Shown piece by piece: positions 12,369 to 61,256 of a stretch of 64,000 bases of DNA. The stretch spans positions 62,001 through 126,000 of the forward strand of contig JAQGDQ010000486.1 of the NCBI GenBank assembly GCA_030141605.1, read 5' to 3'. A program made the translations under genes and the position numbers. The notes under the pieces are model-generated. The model saw nothing but the letters and a program-made list of their open reading frames with translations. It had not been told where the DNA came from and ran no database searches. Origin of the DNA: Tubiluchus corallicola. Its lineage: Eukaryota > Animalia > Priapulida. The stretch's first letter is position 1. Each line of letters begins with the position of its first letter.

Positions 12369-14591
12369 CTAAAGCTCAGCAAATCAGAGGAACACTGAAG
12401 TTTAAATGTCTGATTTAGTAAAACATTCGTAACATGTAGTCAACAGTGTTGAAGAAGTCGAAATTGAAACAAGAAGACACCAGTGCTTTATTGTTTAGAG
12501 AAAAATGCGATAAAATTGGAAATTTAACTGAAACTGAATTCTGCAACAGTTTTTTATAAGGATAGATTGTATAGTTTTACCCCTGTTATTATATTTGTTT
12601 ACTAATCGTTGTTGATGGTTCAAGGTGCATTACTTCAACCAACTTTAATTAACCATGTTTCTGCATTTGAATATGAACAGATTCTTGTAAATATTTTGTA
12701 CTTAACGTTTTCATTTCGTGCAGTAAATGAACCATGCTTTGCAATCATCAAGTCTGTGGCATGTGGTAAAAGTGTCAAACTACGATACTGCACAACTTTG
12801 CGGCTGTTAGCAGTAAGTGCCTTGCTTTTTAAACAATATTTTTTCCGTTTCAAAAGGTAAAGTATCACAAGATCATCTGTAATAAGTAGTTTTTATTATT
12901 ATTATTATTATCATCATCATTATTATTATTATTATTATAATTATATAATGCTGTTTATGGTACTTTGTCTTCAGCAAAAGGCCCAAATGCATGATCTCCT
13001 TGGCAAAAAATACAATTTTATCTTTCAATACCTATTCTTTTGCAGCAACTAATCATACTGATTTGTTCTAAAGTACCTTACTACATCTGTATACATTCTT
13101 TGAATAACTTGTATTAATCGGTACCCATATTTGTTATGGTACCAATTATTGAAATGAGATAAGATAGAACACATTAATTTTGTAAGAAGTTTTTTTTAAC
13201 ATTGCAAAAGTTGTTTTCATGTCTGGTTCTTGATTGTGTCTGTGTCATTTTATTTACTATGTAATTTTTTAGCTTCTTTTAATAAGTGTATAATTTCGTT
13301 TTTATCACAATGGTTGTGATCAGACATTAATTATTAGGAGAATTATGAGAAAATTAATTTAGATAACCAAGGATTTGTAAATTTAATGTTAAATATCTGT
13401 CATTGAAATTGTTTTCTTTACTGTATAATTTATATTTTGGCCCACTTGTGCAGCTGTATTTATTGCTAACTATTTTCATGTTTTTACTAATGTTGTATCC
13501 ATGGATAGTTTTAATTTGTATGTTACATTAAAAGGTTGTTTCTTTTGCTTAAATAATCGATATCAAAGTGCTTCTTGAGTATCAAAAAACTTGATACTGG
13601 CTGAAAAAACAGTTATATGAACTAAAATTAAAAGTTGAAGAAGGTATTTTAGTGCCTCAGTAGATCAAATTAATATGAATTTGTCAGAAATTAGGTGTCT
13701 GGCAATGGGTTGTGTCAGCTATGATGTTAACATTAAAAGTTTATCTTTTGCAAAGAAAATACTTGGATTTTTTGGTGGTATTAGTGTGGTTTTTGGCATT
13801 TCATTATTCCTCAAATTTGAACAACATTACAGTAATTTTTTCTCAGGTATGCATATGCTGCATTAGTTTGTAATTCTTTAAATTGTTCTGCAATTCTCAT
13901 TTCTTTTACTGCAACTCATTTTACATCGTTTTTGCAAAATGCTCTGTAGTAGCAGTAAAACCACGTACTTCACCACAAAGATACAGTGCTGTATTATGAT
14001 ACTGAAATTACGTAATTTACCACATATTCATTCAAAGTGCAACCGCTAATGTTTTATGATTTATGTTATCTTAACACGTATTTATTGCTGCTGTAGGAAA
14101 CTTTGCAAAATCATGTAAATAATTAGAATAAAACGAAAACGCATTAATTTTATACTACACAGGTATCAAAAGCTGTTTTAGATACCTAATTTTAGTTTCT
14201 AGAATACATGGAAAAACAATTATAAAAATAAGTATGTAAATATAAAAATACGTTTTTTCATGATACACTGTCTAAATGATATAAAAAAGAATTACTTAAG
14301 ATGAGGTGACGATAATAATAAATACATGAACTTGGCAGTAAGAAGATGTACAGTGTTAATAATTTATACAAACTTAGGCCATTGCAATTTGCAAGCATGA
14401 CTATGTTATTGCATACATGATCTTAACATAATATTTCTACTCCAACTGTCTACAGTCATTTAAACTTAATCCCTTAATTTAAGCTTAATCCCTTTGCTGT
14501 TTCTACCAGTTCCTCATTTAGATTTATTCTCCTGCCATTGCTATTTTTTTGTGTTTGTGAGGAGTGTTTGTTCTGCTGCTTCTCTTCTCTA

Positions 14592-17500
14592 CTATTTCTT
14601 CTTGCTAGTGTAGTCAAGGTGGACTGGATGAATGTCAAAAATGTTTTTAGCTACTACTTCAAATTTATCAGAACTAATTTCTTTTTCAAGCTCTTCTGGT
14701 GACGAATAACCAAGATTTTTCTCATACCCATGTTCATCTGGTGATTCAAAGTCAAAAGATGATTCTTTTCTGACTACTTCAAATTCTTTGTAACCATGGT
14801 CTCCACCATACCCATGATCATATGTCTCTGTTGTGGCTGTGACCGTATACCACTCAGTTTCATATCCATACCCACCTGTAGTAGCGTATCCGTAATGTGC
14901 GTTTTTATTATCGTATTCACTTGTATCTGGTATGTGCACAACAACAGTTTCAGTTTCCAGTTCGTAGCTGCCATCAGCAGATGTTGTGGTTTCGTAGTCA
15001 TACACGTCTACAGAATCCGCATAGATGTTGAATACGTGTTTTTGAGGATATACTTGAACGTTTTTTAGATTGATTATACTACCATCATCAGTAGTGGTTC
15101 CATATCCGTAGTCCTTATATCCAGGTTTTTCAGCATATCCATTTTCGGTCTTGATTGCCTGTTCCTGCTTCTGTTCTTCTGCAACAAGTTTATATACTTG
15201 TTTTTCCGGAATTGCATTTTTGACTTTTTCATTGTTAAAATTAACAGCAGATTGTACAAGATCATAAACTTGATCACCAGGAACTGCATGTACTTTATAA
15301 TTAGGTCTTTCTGCACTTCCACCTTCAGACTTGATTAAGTGGCTTTCGTATGAGCCTAATTTAGAATCTTTTCCATAATCTTCCGCCTGTTCTTGCTTCT
15401 GTCCTTCTGCAACAAATTCATATACTTGTTCTTCCGGAATTACAATTTTGACTTTTTTGTCATTCAAATTAACAACAGATTCTACAAGATCATATACTTG
15501 ATCATCAGGAACTGTATGTACTTTATAATTAGGTCTGTCTGCACTTCCACCTTCAGACTTAGTTGAGTCCATATCATATGTGCTTAATTCACTTAATTCA
15601 GAATCTCTTCCATAGCCTTCCATCTGTTCCTGCTTCTGTCCTTCTGCAACAAGTTCATATACTTGTTCTTCCGGAATTACACTTTTTATTTCTTTGTCCT
15701 TCAAATTAACAGCAGATTGTACAAGATCATAAACTTGATCATCAGGAACTGTATGTACTTTATAATTAGGTCTGTCTGCACTTCCACCTTCAGACTTAGT
15801 TGAGTCCATATCATATGAGCTTAATTCAGAATCTCTTCCATAGCCTTCCGTCTCTTCCTGCTTCTGTCCTTCTGCAACAAATTCATATACTTGTTCTTCC
15901 GGAATTACATTTTTTATTTCTTTGCCCTTCAAATTAACACCAGATTGTACAAGATCATAAACTTGATCATCAGGAACTGTATGTACTTTATAATTAGGTC
16001 TGTCTGCACTTCCACCTTCAGACTTAGTTGAGTCCATATCATATGAGCTTAATTCAGAATCTCTTCCATAGCCTTCCGTCTCTTCCTGCTTCTGTCCTTC
16101 TGCAACAAATTCATATACTTGTTCTTCCGGAATTACATTTTTTATTTCTTTGTCCTTCAAATTAACAGCAGATTGTACAAGATCATAAACTTGATCATCA
16201 GGAACTGTATGTACTTTATAATTAGGTCTGTCTGCACTTTCACCTTCAGACTTAGTTGAGTCCATATCATATGAGCTTAATTCAGAATATCTTCCATAGC
16301 CTTCCGTTTCTTCCTGCTTCTGTCCTTCTGCAACGAATTCATATACTTGTTCTTCCGGAATTACATTTTTTACTTCCTTGTCATTCAAATTAACAGCAGA
16401 TTGTACAAGATCATAAACTTGATCATCAGGAACTGTATGTACTTTATAATTAGGTCTGTCTGCACTTTCACCTTCAGACTTAGTTGAGTCCATATCATAT
16501 GAGCTTAATTCAGAATCTCTTCCATAGCCTTCCGTTTCTTCCTGCTTCTGTCCTTCTGCAACAAATTCATATACTTGTTCTTCCGGAATTACATTTTTTA
16601 CTTCCTTGTCATTCAAATTAACAGCAGATTGTACAAGATCATAAACTTGATCATCAGGAACTGTATGTACTTTATAATTAGGTCTGTCTGCACTTCCACT
16701 TTCAGACTTAATTGAGTCCATATCATACGAGTGTAATTCAGAATCTCTTCCATAGCCTTCCGTCTCTTCCTGCTTCTGTCCTTCTGCAACAAATTCATAT
16801 ACTTGTTCTTCCGGAATTACATTTTTTACTTTTTTGTTGTTCAAACTAACAGCAGATCCTATAAGGTCATGAATTTGATCCTTCTCAATTACATGTACTT
16901 TGGAATTGGATTTTCCAGCACCTTCACTTTCAGACTTGGTTGAGTCAGTATTGTATGAGTCCAGATCGATACCTTTTCTGTAACCATACTCATCTACACT
17001 TTCCTTCTGTTTTTCCGTTACAATGTCATGCACATATTTTGCTGGTACTATTCTGACTTTTTGGTCTTCTGCACTTTTTGTTTGTTCTCCTACAAGGTCA
17101 TACACGTGCTCTTCTTGGATTGCACGTATTTTGTTACCTGGCTGCTTAGCATTTCCACTACGACCACTGACTGATGGATAGAACTTTTGCTTTCGTTTCT
17201 CTGTGATTTTTTGGTCGTTTTTGCTCCCATCTGTAGCTATGTGCGCAAGATCATAAATATATCTTCCTGGAATCACATGTACATCATAATTAGCAGAACG
17301 TGTTGGATCATCAAAATTCTTTTTGTATCCGTCTGCATATCTGTCACTAATTCCATCTGCACCTACAAGTTCATACACCTGTTTTTCTCGAATTACTGAA
17401 TCATACTTGTTATAGCCCAAGCCTTTGTTTCCATACCCAGTCTCCCCTTCATAAGTATTCTTACGCTTCGAGGCTTGCAACCCTGAAATGATCTTATCCA

Positions 17501-18407
17501 CCACATAATCACTATTTTGCATATGTTTCTTAGCTTTTTTTCGCCTCTGACTGCCTATTTTGTTTCTGTTTTGCTTTGTGCGGTAGCCTATATTTATTCT
17601 TTTATTGTTATAGCTGTTTCTGAACCTTTTATTTCTACGTCTGCTCAGTTTATTTCCAAGTTTATCTACCGTTCTTCTAGCTGATTTATATCCGAGACGC
17701 TTTTTTGGCCTTTCCGTTGAAACTACTTTAACTATTTTATAATCATAGTCATAGACGTCATCATTCTGTTTCTCTTGTGAGTTAATAAAATCATAGCCTT
17801 TTTGTTCTAGCTTGTCATTGTTTGCATTCTTCTTTGAACCATATTCAGAAATCTCATCGTATGTAGTGCCCTTCTTTGTGACAGTGACACTTTTCTTGTC
17901 CTTGTCCTGAGAGGTTTCTTTTTGCTTGGCATTTTTTGTTCGCTTGTTTTTGTGTTGTTTAGGGTTTTTTTGCTTACGTCCCTTGCGGTTACGGCGTCTT
18001 TTGAAATCCCGAAGTGTTGCATTTTGGAGATGACTTTGTCCACGATTTTTGTCTTTGGATTTCTGTTCGACAAAGTCAAAGTATGAATATGTTTCAGCTT
18101 TTTCTCCACGCGTGTCTTTTTGAGTTGCCTCGTATTTTGTCTCAGCATAGATACTGTGCGTGGGTCGCTTTCGTTTACGTTTCCTAGCATTCGAGCTAAT
18201 TCGCGAATATCCACTACCGCGGTTTCTACGAATTGGCATCATATTGTACCGTTTTTCGTCATTGTTGTACTCATTGTTTCCACTCTCAAAGCCATCACTA
18301 ATAGCACTGTATGTATGACTGTTACCAACTTGAAACACGGGATTTCTATATCCGAACCGTTGTTTTAGACTTCTGGCGTTTGGCACTCCACATTTCACCA
18401 CCGCTAC
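14592..18407 (-). CDS. Main exon of an uncharacterised secreted tandem-repeat protein (~1286 aa in total)
   Basis: 3.8-kb uninterrupted ORF; minus-strand acceptor ttttctgcag|GTAGCG at 18408, phase 0. Confidence 0.9.
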   Translation of the reverse strand, partial: VAVVKCGVPNARSLKQRFGYRNPVFQVGNSHTYSAISDGFESGNNEYNNDEKRYNMMPIRRNRGSGYSRISSNARKRKRKRPTHSIYAETKYEATQKDTRGEKAETYSYFDFVEQKSKDKNRGQSHLQNATLRDFKRRRNRKGRKQKNPKQHKNKRTKNAKQKETSQDKDKKSVTVTKKGTTYDEISEYGSKKNANNDKLEQKGYDFINSQEKQNDDVYDYDYKIVKVVSTERPKKRLGYKSARRTVDKLGNKLSRRRNKRFRNSYNNKRINIGYRTKQNRNKIGSQRRKKAKKHMQNSDYVVDKIISGLQASKRKNTYEGETGYGNKGLGYNKYDSVIREKQVYELVGADGISDRYADGYKKNFDDPTRSANYDVHVIPGRYIYDLAHIATDGSKNDQKITEKRKQKFYPSVSGRSGNAKQPGNKIRAIQEEHVYDLVGEQTKSAEDQKVRIVPAKYVHDIVTEKQKESVDEYGYRKGIDLDSYNTDSTKSESEGAGKSNSKVHVIEKDQIHDLIGSAVSLNNKKVKNVIPEEQVYEFVAEGQKQEETEGYGRDSELHSYDMDSIKSESGSADRPNYKVHTVPDDQVYDLVQSAVNLNDKEVKNVIPEEQVYEFVAEGQKQEETEGYGRDSELSSYDMDSTKSEGESADRPNYKVHTVPDDQVYDLVQSAVNLNDKEVKNVIPEEQVYEFVAEGQKQEETEGYGRYSELSSYDMDSTKSEGESADRPNYKVHTVPDDQVYDLVQSAVNLKDKEIKNVIPEEQVYEFVAEGQKQEETEGYGRDSELSSYDMDSTKSEGGSADRPNYKVHTVPDDQVYDLVQSGVNLKGKEIKNVIPEEQVYEFVAEGQKQEETEGYGRDSELSSYDMDSTKSEGGSADRPNYKVHTVPDDQVYDLVQSAVNLKDKEIKSVIPEEQVYELVAEGQKQEQMEGYGRDSELSELSTYDMDSTKSEGGSADRPNYKVHTVPDDQVYDLVESVVNLNDKKVKIVIPEEQVYEFVAEGQKQEQAEDYGKDSKLGSYESHLIKSEGGSAERPNYKVHAVPGDQVYDLVQSAVNFNNEKVKNAIPEKQVYKLVAEEQKQEQAIKTENGYAEKPGYKDYGYGTTTDDGSIINLKNVQVYPQKHVFNIYADSVDVYDYETTTSADGSYELETETVVVHIPDTSEYDNKNAHYGYATTGGYGYETEWYTVTATTETYDHGYGGDHGYKEFEVVRKESSFDFESPDEHGYEKNLGYSSPEELEKEISSDKFEVVAKNIFDIHPVHLDYTSKKK
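15150..17150 (-). repeat. Coding tandem repeat, 228-bp / 76-aa unit, ~8-9 copies
   Basis: Anchor gcac(t/c)tt recurs at 15313, 15541, 15778, 16006, 16234, 16462, 16690, 16918 (spacing 228, one 237). Confidence 0.95.
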
Positions 18408-18616
18408 CTGCAGAAAACATGATAATTATAATCATTTGATTGGATGGGTGTGATCGTGAAGGTAGTGGAGGTAGCACTGCTGCTGCTGATGTGTACTACA
18501 GTACTAAGCTATATTCCTAATTTGCGATAAAAATATCGTGAAAACCGGAAGTGATTTGTAAGTTTAACTATAGGCATTCAACTGGCCAGATTTTCGTGAA
18601 AACACTGACAAAATCA

Positions 18617-18773
18617 TCTCTCTCTCTCTGTCTCTCTCTCTCTCTCTCCCTTTCCTCTCTCTCTCTCTCTCGCTCTCTCTCTCTCTCCCCCCTCTCTCTC
18701 TCTCCCTTTCCTCTCTCTCTCCCTCCCCCTCTCTCTCTCTCTCTTTCTCTCACTCATTCTGTCTCTCTCTCTC
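18617..18773. repeat. (CT)n microsatellite in the intron of the secreted-protein gene
   Basis: Visible. Confidence 0.95.
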
Positions 18774-18873
18774 AAAAAAAAACTAATAAAACTAAACTAA
18801 CAAGCTCGTTGAAACGCCGCGTGTTTTCTATACCCACTGCATTACTTTGGAAAACTGTTTCTAAACTGTTTCT

Positions 18874-18918
18874 CTATATATATATACTACTATATATATA
18901 TATATATATATACTACTA

Positions 18919-18976
<58 letters not shown>
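18874..18976. repeat. (TA)n microsatellite
   Basis: Visible. Confidence 0.95.
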
Positions 18977-18979
<3 letters not shown>

Positions 18980-19139
18980 TATGATGCTATATTCATCGGA
19001 GATACGTGTCAACTTTGAAATTCGTGTGCCATTTAAACTGTCTACTTTACTCACGTATTGAATGCCATATGGATACAATGACCAACGGTAGACTATAATT
19101 ATTTACGTACTTTACAAATAAATATTGTAAATTGCTTAC

Positions 19140-19184
19140 TAAACAACAGCATAACATTAAACTTATAATCACATGGCTTCCCAT
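19140..19184 (-). CDS. First coding exon (signal peptide MGSHVIISLMLCCCL) of the secreted repeat protein
   Basis: ATG at 19184, 45 nt, TTA|gtaagc phase-0 donor; joined product MGSHVIISLMLCCCLVAVVKCG-VPN has classical signal-peptide shape; upstream ttttcag acceptor (19207) suggests a further 5' UTR exon. Confidence 0.75.
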
Positions 19185-22100
19185 GACGTCACAGAAAAGT
19201 ATTATACTGAAAAAGCTTTTTTACTAAAACATGTTCTTCAGCACGCAGCCGTGTGCACAAAGAGACAAACTAGTCAACTGATGAACCACGTAACAAATCG
19301 CGGTGACGTTCTGTGACCTTACCGGCTGCTAATCAAAATATTTTTTACTTGTTTGTCCACCCAACTTGCAGCTTGTTGGCCTCATGGCCTACTAAACCAG
19401 AGTCGACTTTAAACAAGTTTTAGTGAATAATTTTACAAATTTGCATGCTGCAAGGCATACACCACCTGCCTGAGCTTTGCTAAATAGTGTCATAAATTCT
19501 AATTTAAAAAGTCCGCCTGAGTAGTTGAGAATGATCTTAATTTGTGAAAAATTGCAAAAAAAGAAAATTTCGTAAAAATATGAAGCTTGAAAACATCTGT
19601 CGTGCACTAAGGAATATCTTTTCGGATAGTCCTACTCCGTGAAATAAACCTAGGAAATGAGGCATATTGTACTAGTGTTACGTGGAGCAAGAAAGTTTAT
19701 GTACTGCAACACATGTGTAGTTAGGCATGCAGCACATAATGCTAAAGATGTGTGGGATATTGCTTTCAGAGAGGAATCTTCTATTTGTTTTTATATAAAA
19801 TTTAGTAATTAATCCGTTTCTTCTCCCACAATTGTACTGCCACATACGTCAGATGTCTGTAGATTTATCTTTTCCACATTTTGATAGTCGACGCAAGTGT
19901 TATTATAGTCTGCTTACCAGAATTGTGCAATGTGGCAATGCTCTCATGGCAAATATTGCAAAGGACTGATGTGCGGTATACTTCAAATTTAATTTTTTGT
20001 GGGAGTCCTTGTTTGGTGTGGGTAGTTCTAAATATTTTTTGTTGTTGCGTGTAATTAGTAGAGTTAGTATTTTGTGTGTTTGTGCATGTGTAATAATTTA
20101 TTTTAGTGTATTATATGGTAATTTTAATGTTTAAATAAAATATAAATTGATGAATTGAATTGAATTAAATGAAATTGAAAGAAGATTAATTTGGTATAGG
20201 AAAGTCAGTTCCAAGATCTTGCGAAACGGAAGAAAAAAGGATAGACAGTAAACGTTAAGTAGCAGTCACGAAAACTAACAAATTGATATTTCTGAAATGT
20301 GAAATGTTTGTAGTCAACGATGTTTCTCTTAGCCAGATAAAATGAACTATGTGTACAAAACCTAGACGATAGAATTAGAATGTTAGTAGTTGCCCAATGT
20401 AGTCAATGTGGACGTAGACTAAGAATTCATTGTTATCGAAAGCTCGCTGCTCGAGCCAAGTTTCAAAATAAAATAATAAGTTGACAAAGTGACAAAGAAC
20501 AATAGGCCTATTTGAGTATTTCCATTGAGCTAACACTGAGTAATAACTATTCAAATAATTATACTGACATTTTTTTAAATTTGAGTTTTATAGAATTCAT
20601 TGTATTTGATACTGGAGATAATTTTTGGAGTTTCATAATAATAATAACATCAACATCTACACAGATTTAAAAAAAGATTTCGAAAAGAGGGTTACTTTCC
20701 GGAGGCAAATACCGGCGATTTATGATAACGCTGTTAAGTGTTTTCTGGACATTCATCTAGTAGAGGATCGGATTAACCAGGTTTTTTCATTAAAATATGA
20801 TACTCGCAGTTGCTTTAAATTGCCATTTCAATAATTGCTTTGATCAGAATAATTTCGCTGTCGGCAAAAAAGCAAAAACAAAAACGAGACAACGCTAAGA
20901 ACGGTAAAGATTCACTGGATTATTTAACAGACAACATTGACACGCTTTAAACCTATTCAGATGGAGGTAACATATAAATACGAGTAACTTGAAGTGGAGA
21001 TATATGGCCAATTGACAATTGTCTCCAGCCTGCAATTTAGACGACTTGACCACAACCATAAAGACTGAAAGATTTCATTTTATTGACAAATAACAAACAG
21101 GCACGTAACAATGAAAATTATACCCCCCCCCTTGTCCCACCACTGCATATATAGCTGTTAATTAGCCCTCTTCTTTTATTGTCGGTAAGCCTGTCAAGTT
21201 TTACAAGTTTACTGCAATTACCCACTGATTTCTATCGTTAGTAATTTCTATACGTTATTCCTGAAAGCGACTAAATAAACGTCTACGTACAGTTTAATAC
21301 TTAATTTTAATCTATTTTTAATTGTTATATTCAAAAACAAGCTACCAGACACGACGTAGTTATATCTTTGATGTAGATTTTAATTTCGGGATTGGCACAA
21401 AGGTTGATCCCGAATCTTGAAACTGATAAGCAATGACAGCAGTATACTCCTGGTACTACAAAATCTTTTCGGGATATTCAGGGTCCAGAGATTCGAAGTC
21501 GAGACAGTTTATCGAAGAAAGCGTTGTTTTGCTGCAAAATTTCAGCATTTGTAAAGAATGCCTAAAATGCCTTTGGGGTGTGAATTTGAACTTTGCTGAA
21601 TATACTGGTCATGAGCATGACTTTGTTGCCTATTAGCGATAATTGACAAGTGTCACATCAGTCAGCTTGTGACGCTAGAACAGACTTTTCCAACTGAAAA
21701 CTTACGTAATACAGTTTCGATTTCAATTGTAATCATCGTCACATCTCTAACAGCATAATGGATACATTTTGGTACAACGGATATAAGATACACTTTTGAA
21801 AGCGGCCGTGTGCTTACTTCACTAAATTATTGTCAAAAAACAATTTTATTTTTTGAAGTATATGTTGTGTGTTCGCATATTCTTGTTTTATTCCAACGTT
21901 TGTAAAAGCAGTGATTTATTTATATACAACCTATCTTTTGCCGGAACCACTTTGGTTGTATCATTTTGATCTCGTCATCTCTAAATTGCAACAATATGGG
22001 TCAATTTTTTGAATTGTTATTTATCATGCGCTTTTTAATCCTTTAGCTTCGTTTACCACGGTTTATTTGTTTTTTGTACTTGATTTTATTTCCAACCTGC

Positions 22101-22347
22101 CTTATTTGTGTGTGTGTTTTTGCTTGTAATTTATGTAAACCGTTTTAAATATTTTATGTTATTTTTTGTGATCTGTTAAAATTTTTATTTTAATGCCTTG
22201 TGCCTATTTCTGAATGGATAACAGGCAGTAATCAGTTCAAGGCCTTGGTTCCTTGCTATCATCCATAGCACAGAAACGTAGGCACAATCTTCGTATTGCT
22301 CAAGCCTTTATAATCTTACTGTACACTTTTTACTATTTTACTAATGT

Positions 22348-22377
22348 ATATATATATATATATATTTGTTTGCAGTA

Positions 22378-22424
<47 letters not shown>
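22348..22424. repeat. (TA)n and (AAT)n microsatellites upstream of BRSK exon 1
   Basis: Visible. Confidence 0.9.
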
Positions 22425-22426
<2 letters not shown>

Positions 22427-22814
22427 TTTTAAACTTTTGGTTAACAAAATATTACAGCGACTACAGGCTATTTGAATGATCAGACCAACCACTGAACAAG
22501 CATTCGGATTTAGGATCATATAACTCTATGATTCGGGTAAGACAGAAAAAAACGAGTGTAGTTCCGTGTTTGTGGCCCATCCTGGTGGCAGAACTGCACA
22601 ACTTTCTTGGTAGCAGTGAAGCCGCTATATTCTGCGGTGCGTGAAGCCATGAACTACTGCCACTGGCTTCCCAGCAAGTACCCGGATGTAGTGCAAACGG
22701 CTGCAGTTATGGCGGTGTTGTGCAGGTTGAAAGTGTTTAATAGATGTGTGAGATTTCCAGATATTTTGCTATGATTTTCACGTGACTAACACTACAATTG
22801 GATACGTGCGGAGC

Positions 22815-61256
<38,442 letters not shown>

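Noticed and set aside
15150-17150. Regular repeat array as CRISPR or non-coding satellite
   Set aside because: 228-bp contiguous units with no unique spacers, fully in frame within a long ORF in a eukaryotic locus
17807-18368. Overlapping alternative-frame ORFs within the secreted-protein exon
   Set aside because: Short and expected from the compositional bias of a purine-rich coding strand
18399-18401. GTG start of the 1269-aa ORF given by the ORF track
   Set aside because: Eukaryotic gene; a splice acceptor lies 6 nt upstream and a signal-peptide exon with ATG fits in phase
18551-19078. ORFs rich in SL, RE or YI
   Set aside because: Translations of (CT)n and (TA)n microsatellites
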